From Squalus acanthias (lineage: Eukaryota): a stretch of 64,000 nucleotides of DNA. The DNA lies in the NCBI GenBank assembly GCA_030390025.1, contig CM059444.1, positions 32,240,001 to 32,304,000 of the forward strand, in the 5' to 3' direction. Both the position numbers and the translations under genes were made by a program. Positions 50,654 through 63,106 of this stretch are shown piece after piece. A model generated the notes under the pieces. It was not told the DNA's origin. It saw only the letters and a program-made list of their open reading frames with translations, and searched no databases. Within the stretch, counting starts at the first letter, position 1; each line of letters opens with the position of its first letter.

Positions 50654-51075
50654 CTGATAAGGGTTAAATAATGAGGACAGGTGGCATAAACTTGGCTTAT
50701 ATTCCCTTGAGTATAGAAGTTTGAGAGGTGATCTGATCAAGGTGCTTAAAATGTTAAAAGGGTTTGAGAGGGTAAATATGGAGAAACTATTTCCTCTGGT
50801 GGGGGAATCAAGAACAAGGGGACATTATCTTAAAATTAGAGCTAAGCCATTTCAGGAGCAAAATCACAAAGGCTGGTAGAAACTCTCCCCCAAAAGGCTG
50901 TGGATCTTGGACATTGTAGCTTTCAAGACTGAGCTAGATAGATTTTTGTCAAGGGATATGGAGCAAAGGCAGGAAAATAGAGTTGAGGCACACATCAGCC
51001 ATGATCAAATTGAATGGCAGAGCAGGCATGAGGGGCTGAATGGCCTATTTCTGTTCCTAATCTTTCTATGTTCCT
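50654..51075 (+). mobile_element. CR1 LINE 3' fragment
   Basis: LGLYSLEYRSLRGDLIKVLK...RTRGHYLK; tail gaatggcctatttctgttcct. Confidence 0.85.
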
Positions 51076-51119
51076 AATAATGCAATTTAATAAACCTGTT
51101 TCTTAATTCTCAATTTTAG

Positions 51120-51261
51120 ATAATCTGTTGAATGGAAAATTCCACAAACACCTTCAAGATGTCTTCGCTCCTCTTGTGGTTAGATATGTCGACTTGATGG
51201 AGTCATCTATTGCACAGTCGATTCACAGGGGCTTTGACCGAGAATCATGGGAACCTGTAAA
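51120..51261 (+). CDS. CADPS: CADPS coding exon, 142 nt ([47 protein letters not shown])
   Basis: aattttag|AT AAT CTG...GTA AA|gtaagg; phase 1-2. Confidence 0.97.
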
Positions 51262-51722
51262 GTAAGGACACCTCATTTGATATATTTTGGGTTTGGATGC
51301 TGATGGATGAAGATTTACACAAGTGGTGACTAAATTGGCTGCAGTCAGTGCCAAGATATCACATTTTATGTGAACAAGCATAGTCTTCAAACTGAACTTC
51401 TTGATGCAAAGTTAAATTAACTATCAGCATTCAACTTAAAGGAAAACTCCAGGTTGTAGAATTAGAAATGTTTTCAGTTTGCTATATTCATTTTTCTGAT
51501 TGTGTTTTGGTTGTTTCCACATTGTCCAGAATGTTTTCTTGGCATAAATAAACTTTCATTAGTGGATTGATTGCCACACCCCTCAGTTTCTCCTGCCATA
51601 CTGTCAGACCGTGGTGTCATAGTGCAGAAACTCCAGTGCCTAGACTGAAAAAGGTGTGCCAAAACAAAGGCAGTCAAAACCTGTATTTGCCATGAATGGG
51701 AGCATAACTGAAAAATTAGACA

Positions 51723-52487
51723 GGCCTGGATTTTCCGTTCCCCATGACGGCATGTGCACAGCGTACGCCTTCGTAAGCCTTGTAAAAGGCCCTGCAAGTT
51801 TCAGGTTTCCACATGCGCTGTGCATGTGCGAAAACCGGGAACTTGCGATCTGTCAAGGTACGCCTTGCCAGATCTACCGCACCGATCCAAAAATCACTTC
51901 CGCTGGCGCAGAGTTGGGCTGTTTGCCCAACTACTGCCCAGCAAATGCCCACAAAATCCTTAACACCTGGTAAAAGCAGGTGTGGGGCCTGCTTTCACCA
52001 GCATAAGGGTTAATATAAATGTTAAATTAAAAATGTAAAAATAAAAAATCATACACAAACAGTTAAAATTAGTTTATGTAAATTTTGGCCCGGATTAAAA
52101 TGTTCAAAATTATTTTTCAAAAAATTAAATTTTTATTGTAAATGCTTCATTAAAGGGACTTTTAATTAAATTTGAAAATGGGAACATTTATTTTTATTCC
52201 AGTTGTGTAAATTATTTAATTGTTTTGGGGATTCTTCATATGCTTATGGGGATTCCGTTGGTAAATGGAATCCTGCTTTCTGATAGGTGGGCCTGGCCCA
52301 CGTGATCCCAGGGACGCTTCCGAACCGCCTGTGTCCCTGGGATCTGTGGGCCTTTACGCAGGCATATGCCTGCAGGCCCAGGACCTGAAGTCTCCGAAGC
52401 CCGGGAGCCAGCAGATAGGTGCGGATTTTTTTTTATCGGGTCGGAGGTCTACTCCAAAGGTACGGCTCCGACCGCAAATTCCAGCCC
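51723..52487. mobile_element. MITE with AT-rich core
   Basis: GGCCTGGATTTTCCG...CCGCAAATTCCAGCCC; TIR resembles the element at 327-1102. Confidence 0.72.
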
Positions 52488-52882
52488 TATGTGTCTCACT
52501 TGTACAGTTGACGTAATCGGGACGCAGATTCATATGGTTGGAAAGTCTGGGTGCAGACATGCCAATAAAATTCATGTTGTTAGTCCTGTGAGATACATTA
52601 TGAAAGTAATTTGATGGAAAAGGAAGAAATGACTGCTACCAGTAGATTTAAATTTTTAAAAATGAGAAGAGGGTGAGTTTTGAAGGTAAAGTACTGAAGT
52701 TCTGATCACAAACTTAAAAGTGAAAAGGTCGAATATAGCCTGGAGTTTTCCTTCAAATGTTTCACACCTAGATTGCCTAACTAAGTTTTAAAACTGCATT
52801 TAGCAAACTTAATTAAGCACAATGTAAAACCATTGAATTATGTAAAGTAGCGACACATTAAGATACTTAAATTAGAAATTAT

Positions 52883-53062
52883 GGGGGTAATTTTCACTTT
52901 GGAGTGGAAAAGTGGTGGTTGCAGATCAGCCGCCCGTTATAACCGCTGCCCAACTTTCCTTTCATTAAAGTCAACAGAAATGAAAATCGGACAGGGCGTA
53001 TAATGGGCGGCCGATCTGCAACCACCAGTTTTCCACTCACACCCAATGTGAAAATTACCCCC
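52883..53062. mobile_element. Fold-back (palindromic) MITE, ~180 nt
   Basis: GGGGGTAATTTTCAC...GTGAAAATTACCCCC with long internal complementary arms. Confidence 0.85.
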
Positions 53063-53469
53063 CATGCTTCTAGTTACGTATTGCACAGTGGAAACTCAGA
53101 TGCAAAGAAGATGCAAAATTAATGTAAAATATATATTTTTGAGGATTTGTTCTGTACTTTATAACATTTAGCAACGTACATTAATACGTCCATGTATCTT
53201 CCTCCCAGTAAAAGTGCAAATGAGAGTAAAGCAAATACAAACTACATTGGCAAATTTCTCTCATTTTTCTCTAATGACTCAGTTAGTAAACAAACTTCCC
53301 AATATGAAACTGAGTCAATATGGCCAGCGTGGTCCTACTTATGTATAGGCACAGTGGCTTAGTGGAAATGGCACAGACTTAGCAACCCAGAGGTTCTAAG
53401 TTCAAATCTTGCAAAGTTGGGAAACTGAATTCAATAAATCCGATCGTTCATGTAGAGGCAGAGGACATG

Positions 53470-54840
53470 GCTATTATAGTATTAAGTGAGTTCTTTGCAG
53501 CTGTCTTCACAAAGGAAGCGGATGATGTGAAGGTTACACTAAAAGAGGAGAGGGAAGTTATGGACAGGATAGCAATAGATAGAGAAGACCTAAAAAGATT
53601 AGCATTACTGAAAGTTGATCAGTCACCTGGTCCAGATGGAATGCTGGTTGCTGATAGAAGCAAAGGTAGAAATAGCAGAGGATTTGGTCACAATCTTTCA
53701 ATCCTCATTGGATTCAGGAGTAGTGCCGGAGAACTGGAGGGTTGCTAATGTTATACCATTATTCAAGAAAGGGAAGAGGGTTAAACAAGGAAACTACAGG
53801 CCAGTCAGCCAAACATTGGTGGTGAGGAAGTTATTGGAAACCATTATCAGGGACAAAATAAACTTTCATTTGGAAAGGCATGGGTTAATCATGGAGAACC
53901 AGCATGGACTTGTTAAAGGCAAATCGTGTCTGACCAGCTTGATTGAATTCTTTGATGAGGCAACAGAGAAGGTAATCAAGGTAGTGCAGTAGATGTTGTA
54001 TATATGGACTTTCAGAAGGCATTCAATAAAGTGCCACACAGGAGGCTTATTAAGAAGATGGAAGCCAATGGAATTAAGGGGGAAGTGGTGGTATGGATAC
54101 GAAATTCGTTCAGTGAGAGGAAGCAGAGGGTGATGGTGGTGAATGGATGTTTTTCAGACTGGGAGGGGTTTGCAGTGGTGATCCCCATGGGTCAGTTTTG
54201 GGTCCATTACTCTTTTCAATTTTTATAAATGACCTAGACTCGGGTGTAGGGCACAACATTATAAAGTTTGCAGATGATACGAAACTTGGCAACGTAGTAG
54301 ATAGTGATGAGGATTGTTATAGGCTTCAGGATGGCATAGACAAGATGGTGAAATGGGCAGAAGCATATGGAGACATGTGAAGTGATGCACTTTGGGAAGA
54401 CTAATATGGAAAGACAGTACATTATAAATGGCATGATTTTGAAGTGTAGATGAGCAGAGAGACCTTGGTGTCCATATACACAAACCCTTAAAGGTGGCAG
54501 GGCAAGTTGATAAGGTGGTTAAATAAGGTGGGTCAATAACCTGAGGTCATAGATTTTAAATCACTGAGGGGAGATGAGGAGAATTTCTTTCACTCAGAGA
54601 GTTGTCGGGATCTGGAACACTACCTGAAAAGGTGGTGGAAGCTGATCCCATAAATAATTTTAAAATGGAGTTGGACAGATACTTGAGGATGAGGAACTTA
54701 CAGGGTTATGGTCAAAAAGCTGGGATGTGGGACTAAGCACAACCGTTCTTTCAAAGAGCCAGCACAGGCACGAAGAGTAGCCATTTGGATAAGATCTCAG
54801 AGGCCTACTTCTGCATTGTAATTTTCTGTGATTCTATGAT
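53470..54840 (+). mobile_element. Decayed CR1 LINE (RT region, internally deleted) apparently inserted in a tRNA-SINE (head ~53347-53440, body 54860-55030)
   Basis: SPGPDG, WRVANVIPLFKKG, NYRPVS, DFQKAFNKVPH, GSVLGP, KFADDTKL motifs with stops and frameshifts. Confidence 0.92.
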
Positions 54841-55039
54841 TTGCAGACAAGCAGCAAAAGTGACTATGAAAGCTGCTGATTTGTTGTAAAAATCAAACGG
54901 ATTCACTAATGTTTTTCAGGGAAGGGAATCTGCCACTCCTACTCACTGTGGCTTACATGTGACTCCAGTTCCACACTTCGTGGTTGACTTTTAATGCCCT
55001 CAGGGCAACTAAGGATGGCCAATAAATTCTGCCAAATAA

Positions 55040-55370
55040 AATTAATGATGCCTAGTCTGCTGAGTTTGCTGATCTTATATTGGGTGCTACAATTGCCCTT
55101 CTTACCCCTAAATTAGGGAGGGGAATGGTCAACCAGAGTTCCTGGATTACTATCCAGTCATTCCTGCTGCAAGCGTATGTGAGTGAAAGTCAAGTAAAGA
55201 TAGGATTGGGAATTGACGATGATTCCTCCGTGAATAATAAGCCTGCCAGCACACATTGTCAAGATTCACACATGAAGAGTAGCCATTTGGATAAGATCTC
55301 AGAGGATGAACAGTATATGTGGAATCGAGCACCAGCTTGAGCCAGCAATTTCAGGAAAATAGGAGAAAAG
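55040..55370 (+). mobile_element. Old interspersed repeat (SINE-like); related fragment at ~41195-41270
   Basis: Shared core atgaaga.t.gcca.ttggat.ag.t.ct. Confidence 0.5.
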
Positions 55371-55399
55371 ACAATTAGAAAAATAAAAAAAACTAACCA

Positions 55400-55690
55400 G
55401 CAGTCGGCCTTCTCGGCAGGTCCTGACTCTCTTCAGTCTGGCGGGAAAGCCATGGCCACTTCCCTGCTCAGGCATGAGTTAAAAATCACAGTTGGGACCC
55501 GATGAAGTCATCAGACCCCGATCGGCATATTTATAGGAGACCCCTACCAACTTAGCCACCCATTAAAAAGGCTAAGTAAAAACCGCGGTCATCGTGATCC
55601 GGGCGGCTTTCCAACGGGTAAGTAACCTGGGGCATCTTAACTGCTTACTCACCCAGTTTCTGCCAGGTGGGTAAGGTTAAAATCACCCCC
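55400..55690. mobile_element. MITE fragment, same family as 13942-14207
   Basis: gagttaaaaatcacagttgggacccgatgaagtcatcag vs gagttaaaattacagttgggtctcaatgatgtcattag; both end ggttaaaatc(a/g)ccccc. Confidence 0.7.
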
Positions 55691-58117
55691 CAGTTGTTTG
55701 CTTGTGCTGTTGATCTGTGTAGGTATGATGGGAGCTATCATTTTCATGGTGTAGTCATGCCACAAAGTCACCCACTCGTAGTCTGATTTCCTCTGAGAAT
55801 ACAGTAATACCCAAAGTACTTGATATTTTTACCCTTGACATAAATTGTTTGCATACATTTTGGGTAAAGCTTTCATTCGTGTTCTTTTGGTAAGCAAACA
55901 GGAAAATGATACAGTATGTTAATTCAAACCTCAGGATAAAGTGCAGACTTTTTTTGTCTTAAATATATATGTAAGTCTAAAGGTTTCAATTAAATGAACA
56001 TTAACTGAGTGTTGGCAATGAAATGCATGTAAACTAACAGTTGGCACAACTATTTGTGGCATCTCTACATATAAGTATAGTTGTAATTTGCTTATAGGGT
56101 ACATTTTCTGATTACATAGCTGAGTATTAGATGTCCTAGCAGTGCTTGTAATGCATCTCACTGTGATGCTGTTAAACTACTTTACAATCTGCTATTACTT
56201 TACAGTTTAAAGACCCAGTATTTTTTCGGCAATACTGTCAAACTTATGTGAAACCCATGCCATTTTTGCCTATTTAAAGGACCATTGGGGCCTGTTCTCC
56301 TCTGCCCTGCTGCCAAATAGTATCTCAAAAATGGTAATAATGCAGAGAAAACCTGGGTACTGATCCCTTTCTCATTTTGCCTCTAAATGGTACGGCAGCC
56401 AAACTTCCTCTGTGGTTTTTCTGATGTCTGTCCCTGACTGTGCCTGAAGAGGGCACAGTGATGTAAATTTCATGCAAATGAATGTCAGGGTATTGCAGCC
56501 AGACTAACAGCAACAGGTATCGTTCACAGGCAAACTGCCCCATTAAAAACCTGATGCTACTGATTCCTGAGCTGCTGTTCGGACACTATTCATCCTAAGA
56601 AACAAGCTGGCCTTTATTTTTGGCTTTTTGAATAAAAAAATAGTGTTGCTGCTTTAGGACCTGCAATGTAAGAGCACTAGAGGCCTAGACTGATCAAGCT
56701 GCTCCTTATGGTTCCCAGTTTAATTCCTTTTCTTTGAACTCAGGGTATAAGTCCAAGGTCTTCAGTGTTTATGCAGTGCTAAACTTCAGACTTTTTAAAT
56801 CTAATACTCAGGTGTATACCATTTACTCCAGTGTAGTGAATCTCTCACCAAAGTGAGGTCCATCATTGTCTGGAGACATGAAGCAGATGAAAGGCTAACT
56901 CTAGTGTAAGAGCAGGCACTTTCTAGCATCACATCAATAATGCTATTAAAATAATACGGATGGAAAACCCACACTGGCTGAATTTCTAGTGGGAAAGGCT
57001 TCCACTAGCAGATACTAGAAGTATGTAATTTATTGACTGTAAATGTGGTAATGTGAAAAGGTTACTGTTACTTGGCTGTTCTGGTTCCAATCCAGTACCC
57101 ATTCCTATTGTGTTTTTGGTTGTTTTATAGTCAATCTGATCAGAATGATATGTACTGTTTGTGTTTTTAAATACCCAGTAAGGTTAAAGGTAAGGGTTAT
57201 TGCTAACATGGCTGGGAATTTTGAATATTTGTATTTCACTCCATTAGTTTTTTATTCTTGTGCTCTTCTGACATGGCAAAGATTCTGATTTGCAGCTATT
57301 TCATTATATTATGCAAATTTAGCATTTTTTAAAGGCATATAAATTCCGAATTATTGTATTTAACTCCCATTTCCATGAACAATGCGTTGTATGTGAATAA
57401 ACCTATTACGATTAGTTACCCGTTACAAATTAATGCACAAAGATCCTCATTATCCATTTTATCATGTTTATTAAATACATCCCTAGCAAAAAATATTAAT
57501 TTGATGACCGTTCTAGAATAAGAGATTTCCTTAGCCTACTTACAACACAATGTTTGAGATTTTTTCTGCATTTCTATATATCTGTACAGTTTTTTTTGGG
57601 GGGGGGACTGCACTTGGGAGTAGACAACGTTTTTTGCTATGCATATAACGTTAAATAAAACATATTTTACTAATGGGGTTGGTGCTTATAATGGCAGGTA
57701 ACTGTGCACACAAATCAAAGAGTACTCCACATTCAGGGAAGTTGTGAATGAACAAAAAGATGGTTTTCATTTAGTGATTATTTAAATGTAATAACATATT
57801 TCATGCCACAAGCTTTTTCTTTTGTTTCTGTCAATAATCTACTTTTTTGCTTCTAAGCTTCTTGATGCGTGGTATTCTCTTCCTTATTTTCTCTAACTTT
57901 GCTTGTTTCTTGCTGTTGCAACACTCAGAAAATCCACAGCAAGCTCACATCTCATATAAGCTTGCTTAAATAACACCGTTTTTTTTTGTAATTAGTTTTT
58001 TATTGCTGTGAATTTTTTGATAGTTTTGCAGATTTATTTAGAGGTGTCACATGCTTCCACATCTGCATCTACATTGTCACTGTTATGGTATTTTCTTTCT
58101 GTCTGTTTCTTCCACAG

Positions 58118-58252
58118 GAGTTTAACAAGTAATCTGCCCAATGTGAATCTACCAAATGTGAATCTCCCCAAAGTACCAAATCTACCAGTTAACCTCCCAC
58201 AAATGCCTAGTTTTTCTGCTTCGTCATGGATCGCTACTATATATGACGCTGA
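58118..58252 (+). CDS. CADPS: CADPS 135-nt cassette exon in MHD1/MUN ([44 protein letters not shown])
   Basis: ttccacag|G AGT TTA...GCT GA|gtgtgt; phase 2-2; matches the alternatively spliced CAPS1 insert. Confidence 0.93.
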
Positions 58253-60819
58253 GTGTGTATTCAATACACGTTAGGTCTGATTTGTCACCTATAGTAACCT
58301 GGCATGAATTTGTCCTTTATTTACTTGTTTTTTTCAATCAAAAATTTGGGTAAGAATAAACCAAACCAGAATGCCATTAACCCTTCAGTGGGGATGTCCT
58401 TTTTAGATTTCTCAGGAAAAATAGCTAATAATGTGCTTGTATGCTTAAATAGTTAACATTGCCCTTTCCTCATTTACAAATAATGTTTTTTTAATTAAAT
58501 TTTGAAACAAGCATTTTTTTCTAAAATGTTGGAAACAATATAAATTTTAGAAGCTTGTAGCTTATAAATATCATATTCAGGGAAACTGGCATCTCTTGGG
58601 GGTGGAAGATTCTCTCAGCAGTGTTTTTCACTTTCATGTATATACTAGGCAATATACAACCCAGCAGGTCTCACACAATACTCAGGATATATTGTATCAG
58701 ACTTTATTAATCACCCACATTTATTTTTAAAAAATGCGGTACTAGCACAGCCCCTGTGTGGTTGCAAGTCACCTCATGGCCATACTTGAGATATAAACAT
58801 CTTATTGCTCAATGTCTCAGATCATCAAAAGTACCTGCAAAAGCTTTAACATTTTATTGGTTATACCACAGGCAGAATTCAGTACCCCTAAATCTCAGTG
58901 AGTTAGACGTGTTATCCAGTGGTTTAACTGTACCAACGAATGGCTGGCAATTGCACTACTGTATAATTAGGAACTAAGCAACTAGATACAAGAACAAAAC
59001 ATTTTAGTTTCAGTGCCCAAAGATGGTTGATCCCTTGTATTTGTGCATTTTTGTAAATGCCCTAATTTGAATTATTTAAAAGGAAACATTTTAACAAAGT
59101 GATGTGTAAAGTTGTTAACTGTATGCACATTTAACAGTTTAAATGTGTTTAAATTGCTCAAAGCATGGTATACAGCACTGCAAAGTGGAATCATTCCAAA
59201 GACAAGGAAAAACACTTTCATGCCAGGTTGACTATATGGAAGACTAGATTAGGAAACATATGAAAATGGAAAGCGTAAATCCTTTTCCATTTTCCTCTGT
59301 TTGCATGCTGTGTGATAGTTTGGAAAGATATGGATCAATCATCACAGGAAAGCTAAGTCAACAACCACAATAAAATCTTGTTAGCGTGCACCCCACCCTC
59401 AGTACAAGGCTCTCGGTTCTAGCACTCTCTCTGCCATTAGGCTACTGAACGTTGACTCACAATTGATTTGTGATACATTTTATACTATGAGACATTCAGT
59501 ATAGCATGCAACTCATTATAACATGCACAATACTTGGCTTCCAAGGACTGTTATATTGAGGATGGAGTGTACTTTTTATAGTGCTTGAGAAAAATTAGGC
59601 TGATGACATATACAGCTCATAATCCTTGGCTGTGTGGTTGTGTTCTTGGTTCTCCGGAAGTAATGGCATTAAACTTCAGTATGCTCGCAGAAAGCGCTTT
59701 GTTGTGACATGGATATGTTATGTCAAAATTAAGTAGACTACAAAATGCTTGATTCTATATCTTTCCAATGGAACTGGACTATTTCCAACCCCTTTCATGC
59801 AATATTTTCAATCCCTTTCATGCAATAGTTAAATTACTTTAACTGAGATTTCTGTAGACAACTGATAAGAGTCCCAAAAACAAATGAGCCCTCTTAGGAA
59901 TATGTTCCTGTCACCACAGAGTTCCCACAAGGTGAGGGTTACCTTGGCATGCTGGGATATAGTCTCATCCCACGGTAGCTTTCTCCACGCTCTGAAGCAT
60001 TCATTACTTCAGTGCAGCTGGCATCCATCACATTGGAAACGCACACTGCCATATGTTGTTTCTGAAGATGATGCCAGCAGTAATGGTAATGCATGGTGTG
60101 TACAACATCTAAAAAAAAGTACAGTGTTGGCATTAGTGGTTTGCGAGGATGCATTTCATGAGACAAGAAAATATGTTTCAAATCTCACAGTGAAGCCAAG
60201 CTGCTAGAACTCTGAATTACATGGGTACGTTTCATCAAAGGGTATTGGTCATAACTAGCCTACATATTCCTGTGCAGTTCAGAATTTTCTGTGGAGAAGC
60301 ATATTTGAATATTTCAAAATTATCTAGTCATAATCCCCCAAAATATGACAGCTATTGGCTGAGTGGCCTGAATTGTTATAGTTCAAGGGAACAGCAAACC
60401 CTCGCTCACCACTAGTTACCACAAAGCCACCTGATCCCAGCAGCTAGTTCTTGTTTTTGAGAGACATGTTTTGAAGTATGCATGAAATCACAACATAAAA
60501 TAACCGCACATACCCTTGTGGTTATAAACCCAGGTTACTTTTTACCATACACTTTTAATAAACATACTTGTTCTCCAGTAATTTCTAAAACTTTTCCTTT
60601 GCAGTCGGATGAATTGTTAAGTGTTACATAACATGAGACTACAAACCAGATAAGGTGTATGATAAAAAAAAATCCAGAGCTCTGACTATGGAGACCTTAT
60701 ACCCAACATCTTTCCTTTGCTTAAGGCTGCTGTGCACCCCAGGCATTGAGCTACAGTCTCCATAATCGGTGACCGTGGCCTAAGACTGACTCTGACGGCT
60801 GTTTTCCCTGTTTTTTCAG

Positions 60820-60975
60820 CAATGGCTCAGGAACCTCAGAAGATCTATTCTGGAAACTGGATGCACTGCAGACCTTCATTAGAGATCTGCATTGGCCAGA
60901 GGAGGAGTTTGCAAAACACCTGGAGCAAAGACTAAAGCTCATGTCCAGCGATATGATTGAGTCATGTGTTAAAAG
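60820..60975 (+). CDS. CADPS: CADPS coding exon, 156 nt ([51 protein letters not shown])
   Basis: ttttttcag|C AAT GGC...AAA AG|gttagg; phase 2-2. Confidence 0.97.
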
Positions 60976-61532
60976 GTTAGGCTTTCTAGAGGGAATGGAA
61001 AGCAAACCCAACAAGTATTTGTCTGAGAGCATAATCCCTATTTAGTGGATTATCTGTAAGATTTAATTATAGTTAATGATTGCCAATTTAGAAAGAAAGG
61101 AACCCTTGCTGTATTACAGCAGCATGCTTGACATAGCATGTCAATCAATTGCTGTCAACAATTCCATATTATGTTCACTTACAAACGTAATCTGATTTGG
61201 ATATTACATGGGAATGCTTACTGGTAACATAGTTAGAGAGGCGGTGTGAAATATGATGCTATAATCTCACAAGCTGCCTCTACTAGTTTCATTACATGTA
61301 GAAGTAAAAAGTAATTGGAATATTTTAGACAGTAATGTACAGGAGAATTGGAAGATATGTTTGGAGGCCATTTGACATCTTTTCTATAAAGGTATGATGA
61401 ATACATAATAAAAATAATAAACATTTTTGAATAAAAAGTACCATTTGCACACTTGTAAGCATGTACCCTGACAGATGGCCCTGACACTATTTTGTGTTTC
61501 AGATTTTAAAACAATCCTTTTTCCTTTGATAG

Positions 61533-61680
61533 GACTAGGATTGCATTTGAAGCCAAGCTGCAGAAGACAAGCAGGTCAACAGATTTCCGTGTCCCGCAGT
61601 CAATATGCACCATGTTTAATGTGATGGTTGATGCCAAGACACAGTCCACAAAGCTTTGCAGCATGGAGGTGGGCCAGGAA
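61533..61680 (+). CDS. CADPS: CADPS coding exon, 148 nt ([49 protein letters not shown])
   Basis: tttgatag|G ACT AGG...CAG GAA|gtaagt; phase 2-0. Confidence 0.97.
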
Positions 61681-62459
61681 GTAAGTTAACACTTTTCCAT
61701 GAAAATACTGGTTCCAGTCAAGGGCTTACAATAGAAATCAGATTCAGTTGCAGCATATTATTACCAAATTATAACTTTTAAAGCAAAATATTTATACAGC
61801 ATATAAAGATGACTTGTAATCTGTATAATTCTTTAAACAATGCAGTACCTTCTAATATAGCTACTTTAACCCTTTGAATACTGAATCTGTACTACAGATT
61901 TCAAAAATAAATGTTTAATTATTAAAGAATATCTGCAAAGATTAATCACTCTACAATTTCATTGTGGAATAGTATAATATAGAATTAGAGAAACATCCAA
62001 AACTATTTAATATTTCTGTATTGACAGGATTAACAGAATAACATGTTTTAGATAGCAATCCCAGTTCTCCTCTCCAGCATGGCTCTCCACTGGAAGTGTA
62101 GGATCGGCCATCATCCCTCTAATGATTTTATTCTTTTAGTGTTGAAATCTTATTCAATAACCAAAGTTTAATCTGGTTACCCCGATTAACAATTTTCTAT
62201 GAGTGTTTATTTAGCTTTCGTTTGTTTGAATAATTCATTCATATAATTTATTTATTGGAAGATTAACCTGTTATCTCACTGTGTTATCCCTGATATACCT
62301 GGGGCTCAGTGAGGATGACACACACTTGAAGCAGAATTCAACAAATACTCAAAGCTGGATTTTTAAATTCAGAGTGCAAGCACTTTGAGGCCCCAAAGGA
62401 TAAAAAGGGTTTCCTTGAGTATATGAAATATTTTAATTTTATCAACATTTTTAATCAAT

Positions 62460-63062
62460 AATCATCGAATCATACAGCACAGAAGGAGGTCATTCAGCCC
62501 ATCATACCTGTGCGACTCTGTGAAAGAGCTGTCCAATTTAGTCCCACAACCCATAACCCTGCAAATTAGTCCTCTTCAAGTACATGTCCTTTTAAAAGTT
62601 CCTATGGAATCTGCTTCCACCACCCTTGCAGGTAGAGCATTCCAGATCTTAACAAACCTCTGCGTGGAAAAAAAAATCTCCTTATTTCCCCTCTAGTTCT
62701 TTTGCCAATTATTTTAAATCTATGACCTCTGGTTACCAACCCACTTGCCAGAGGAAACAGTTTCTTCCTACTTGCTCTATCAAAACCCCTCATAATTTTA
62801 AAGACATCTATTAGGTTTCCCCTTAACTTTCTCTGCTCTAAAGAGAACAATCCCAGCTTCTCCAATCTCTCCAAATAACTGAAGTCGCTCATCCCTGGTA
62901 TCATCCTGGTAAATGTCCCCTGTACCCACTCCAAGGCCTTGACATCCTTCCTAAAGGGTGCCCAGAATTGTACACCATACTCCAGCTGAGGCCTAACCAG
63001 AGTTTTGTAAACGTTTCGCATGACTTCCTTGTTTGTATTCAATGCCCCTATTTACAAAGCCA
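62460..63062 (-). mobile_element. CR1 LINE 3' fragment
   Basis: ORF 62602..63042(-) YKTLVRPQLEYGVQFWAP...LGLFSLEQRKLRGNLI...TRGHRFK. Confidence 0.92.
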
Positions 63063-63106
63063 AATTTACAACAATGCAAGTATATGACAAAACTATCAAA
63101 GATTAG

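Larger units (their letters stand above)
4219..61680 (+). other. CADPS: CADPS (CAPS1) gene, internal portion; extends beyond both window edges
   Basis: Series of AG/GT-bounded exons whose joined translation ([12 protein letters not shown]...GWFSPGQVF...RPDGIGTV...[12 protein letters not shown]...[13 protein letters not shown]...[10 protein letters not shown]) matches CAPS1 as I recall it; phases are consistent throughout. The [15 protein letters not shown] exon and ADRAQ favour CADPS over CADPS2. Confidence 0.96.
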
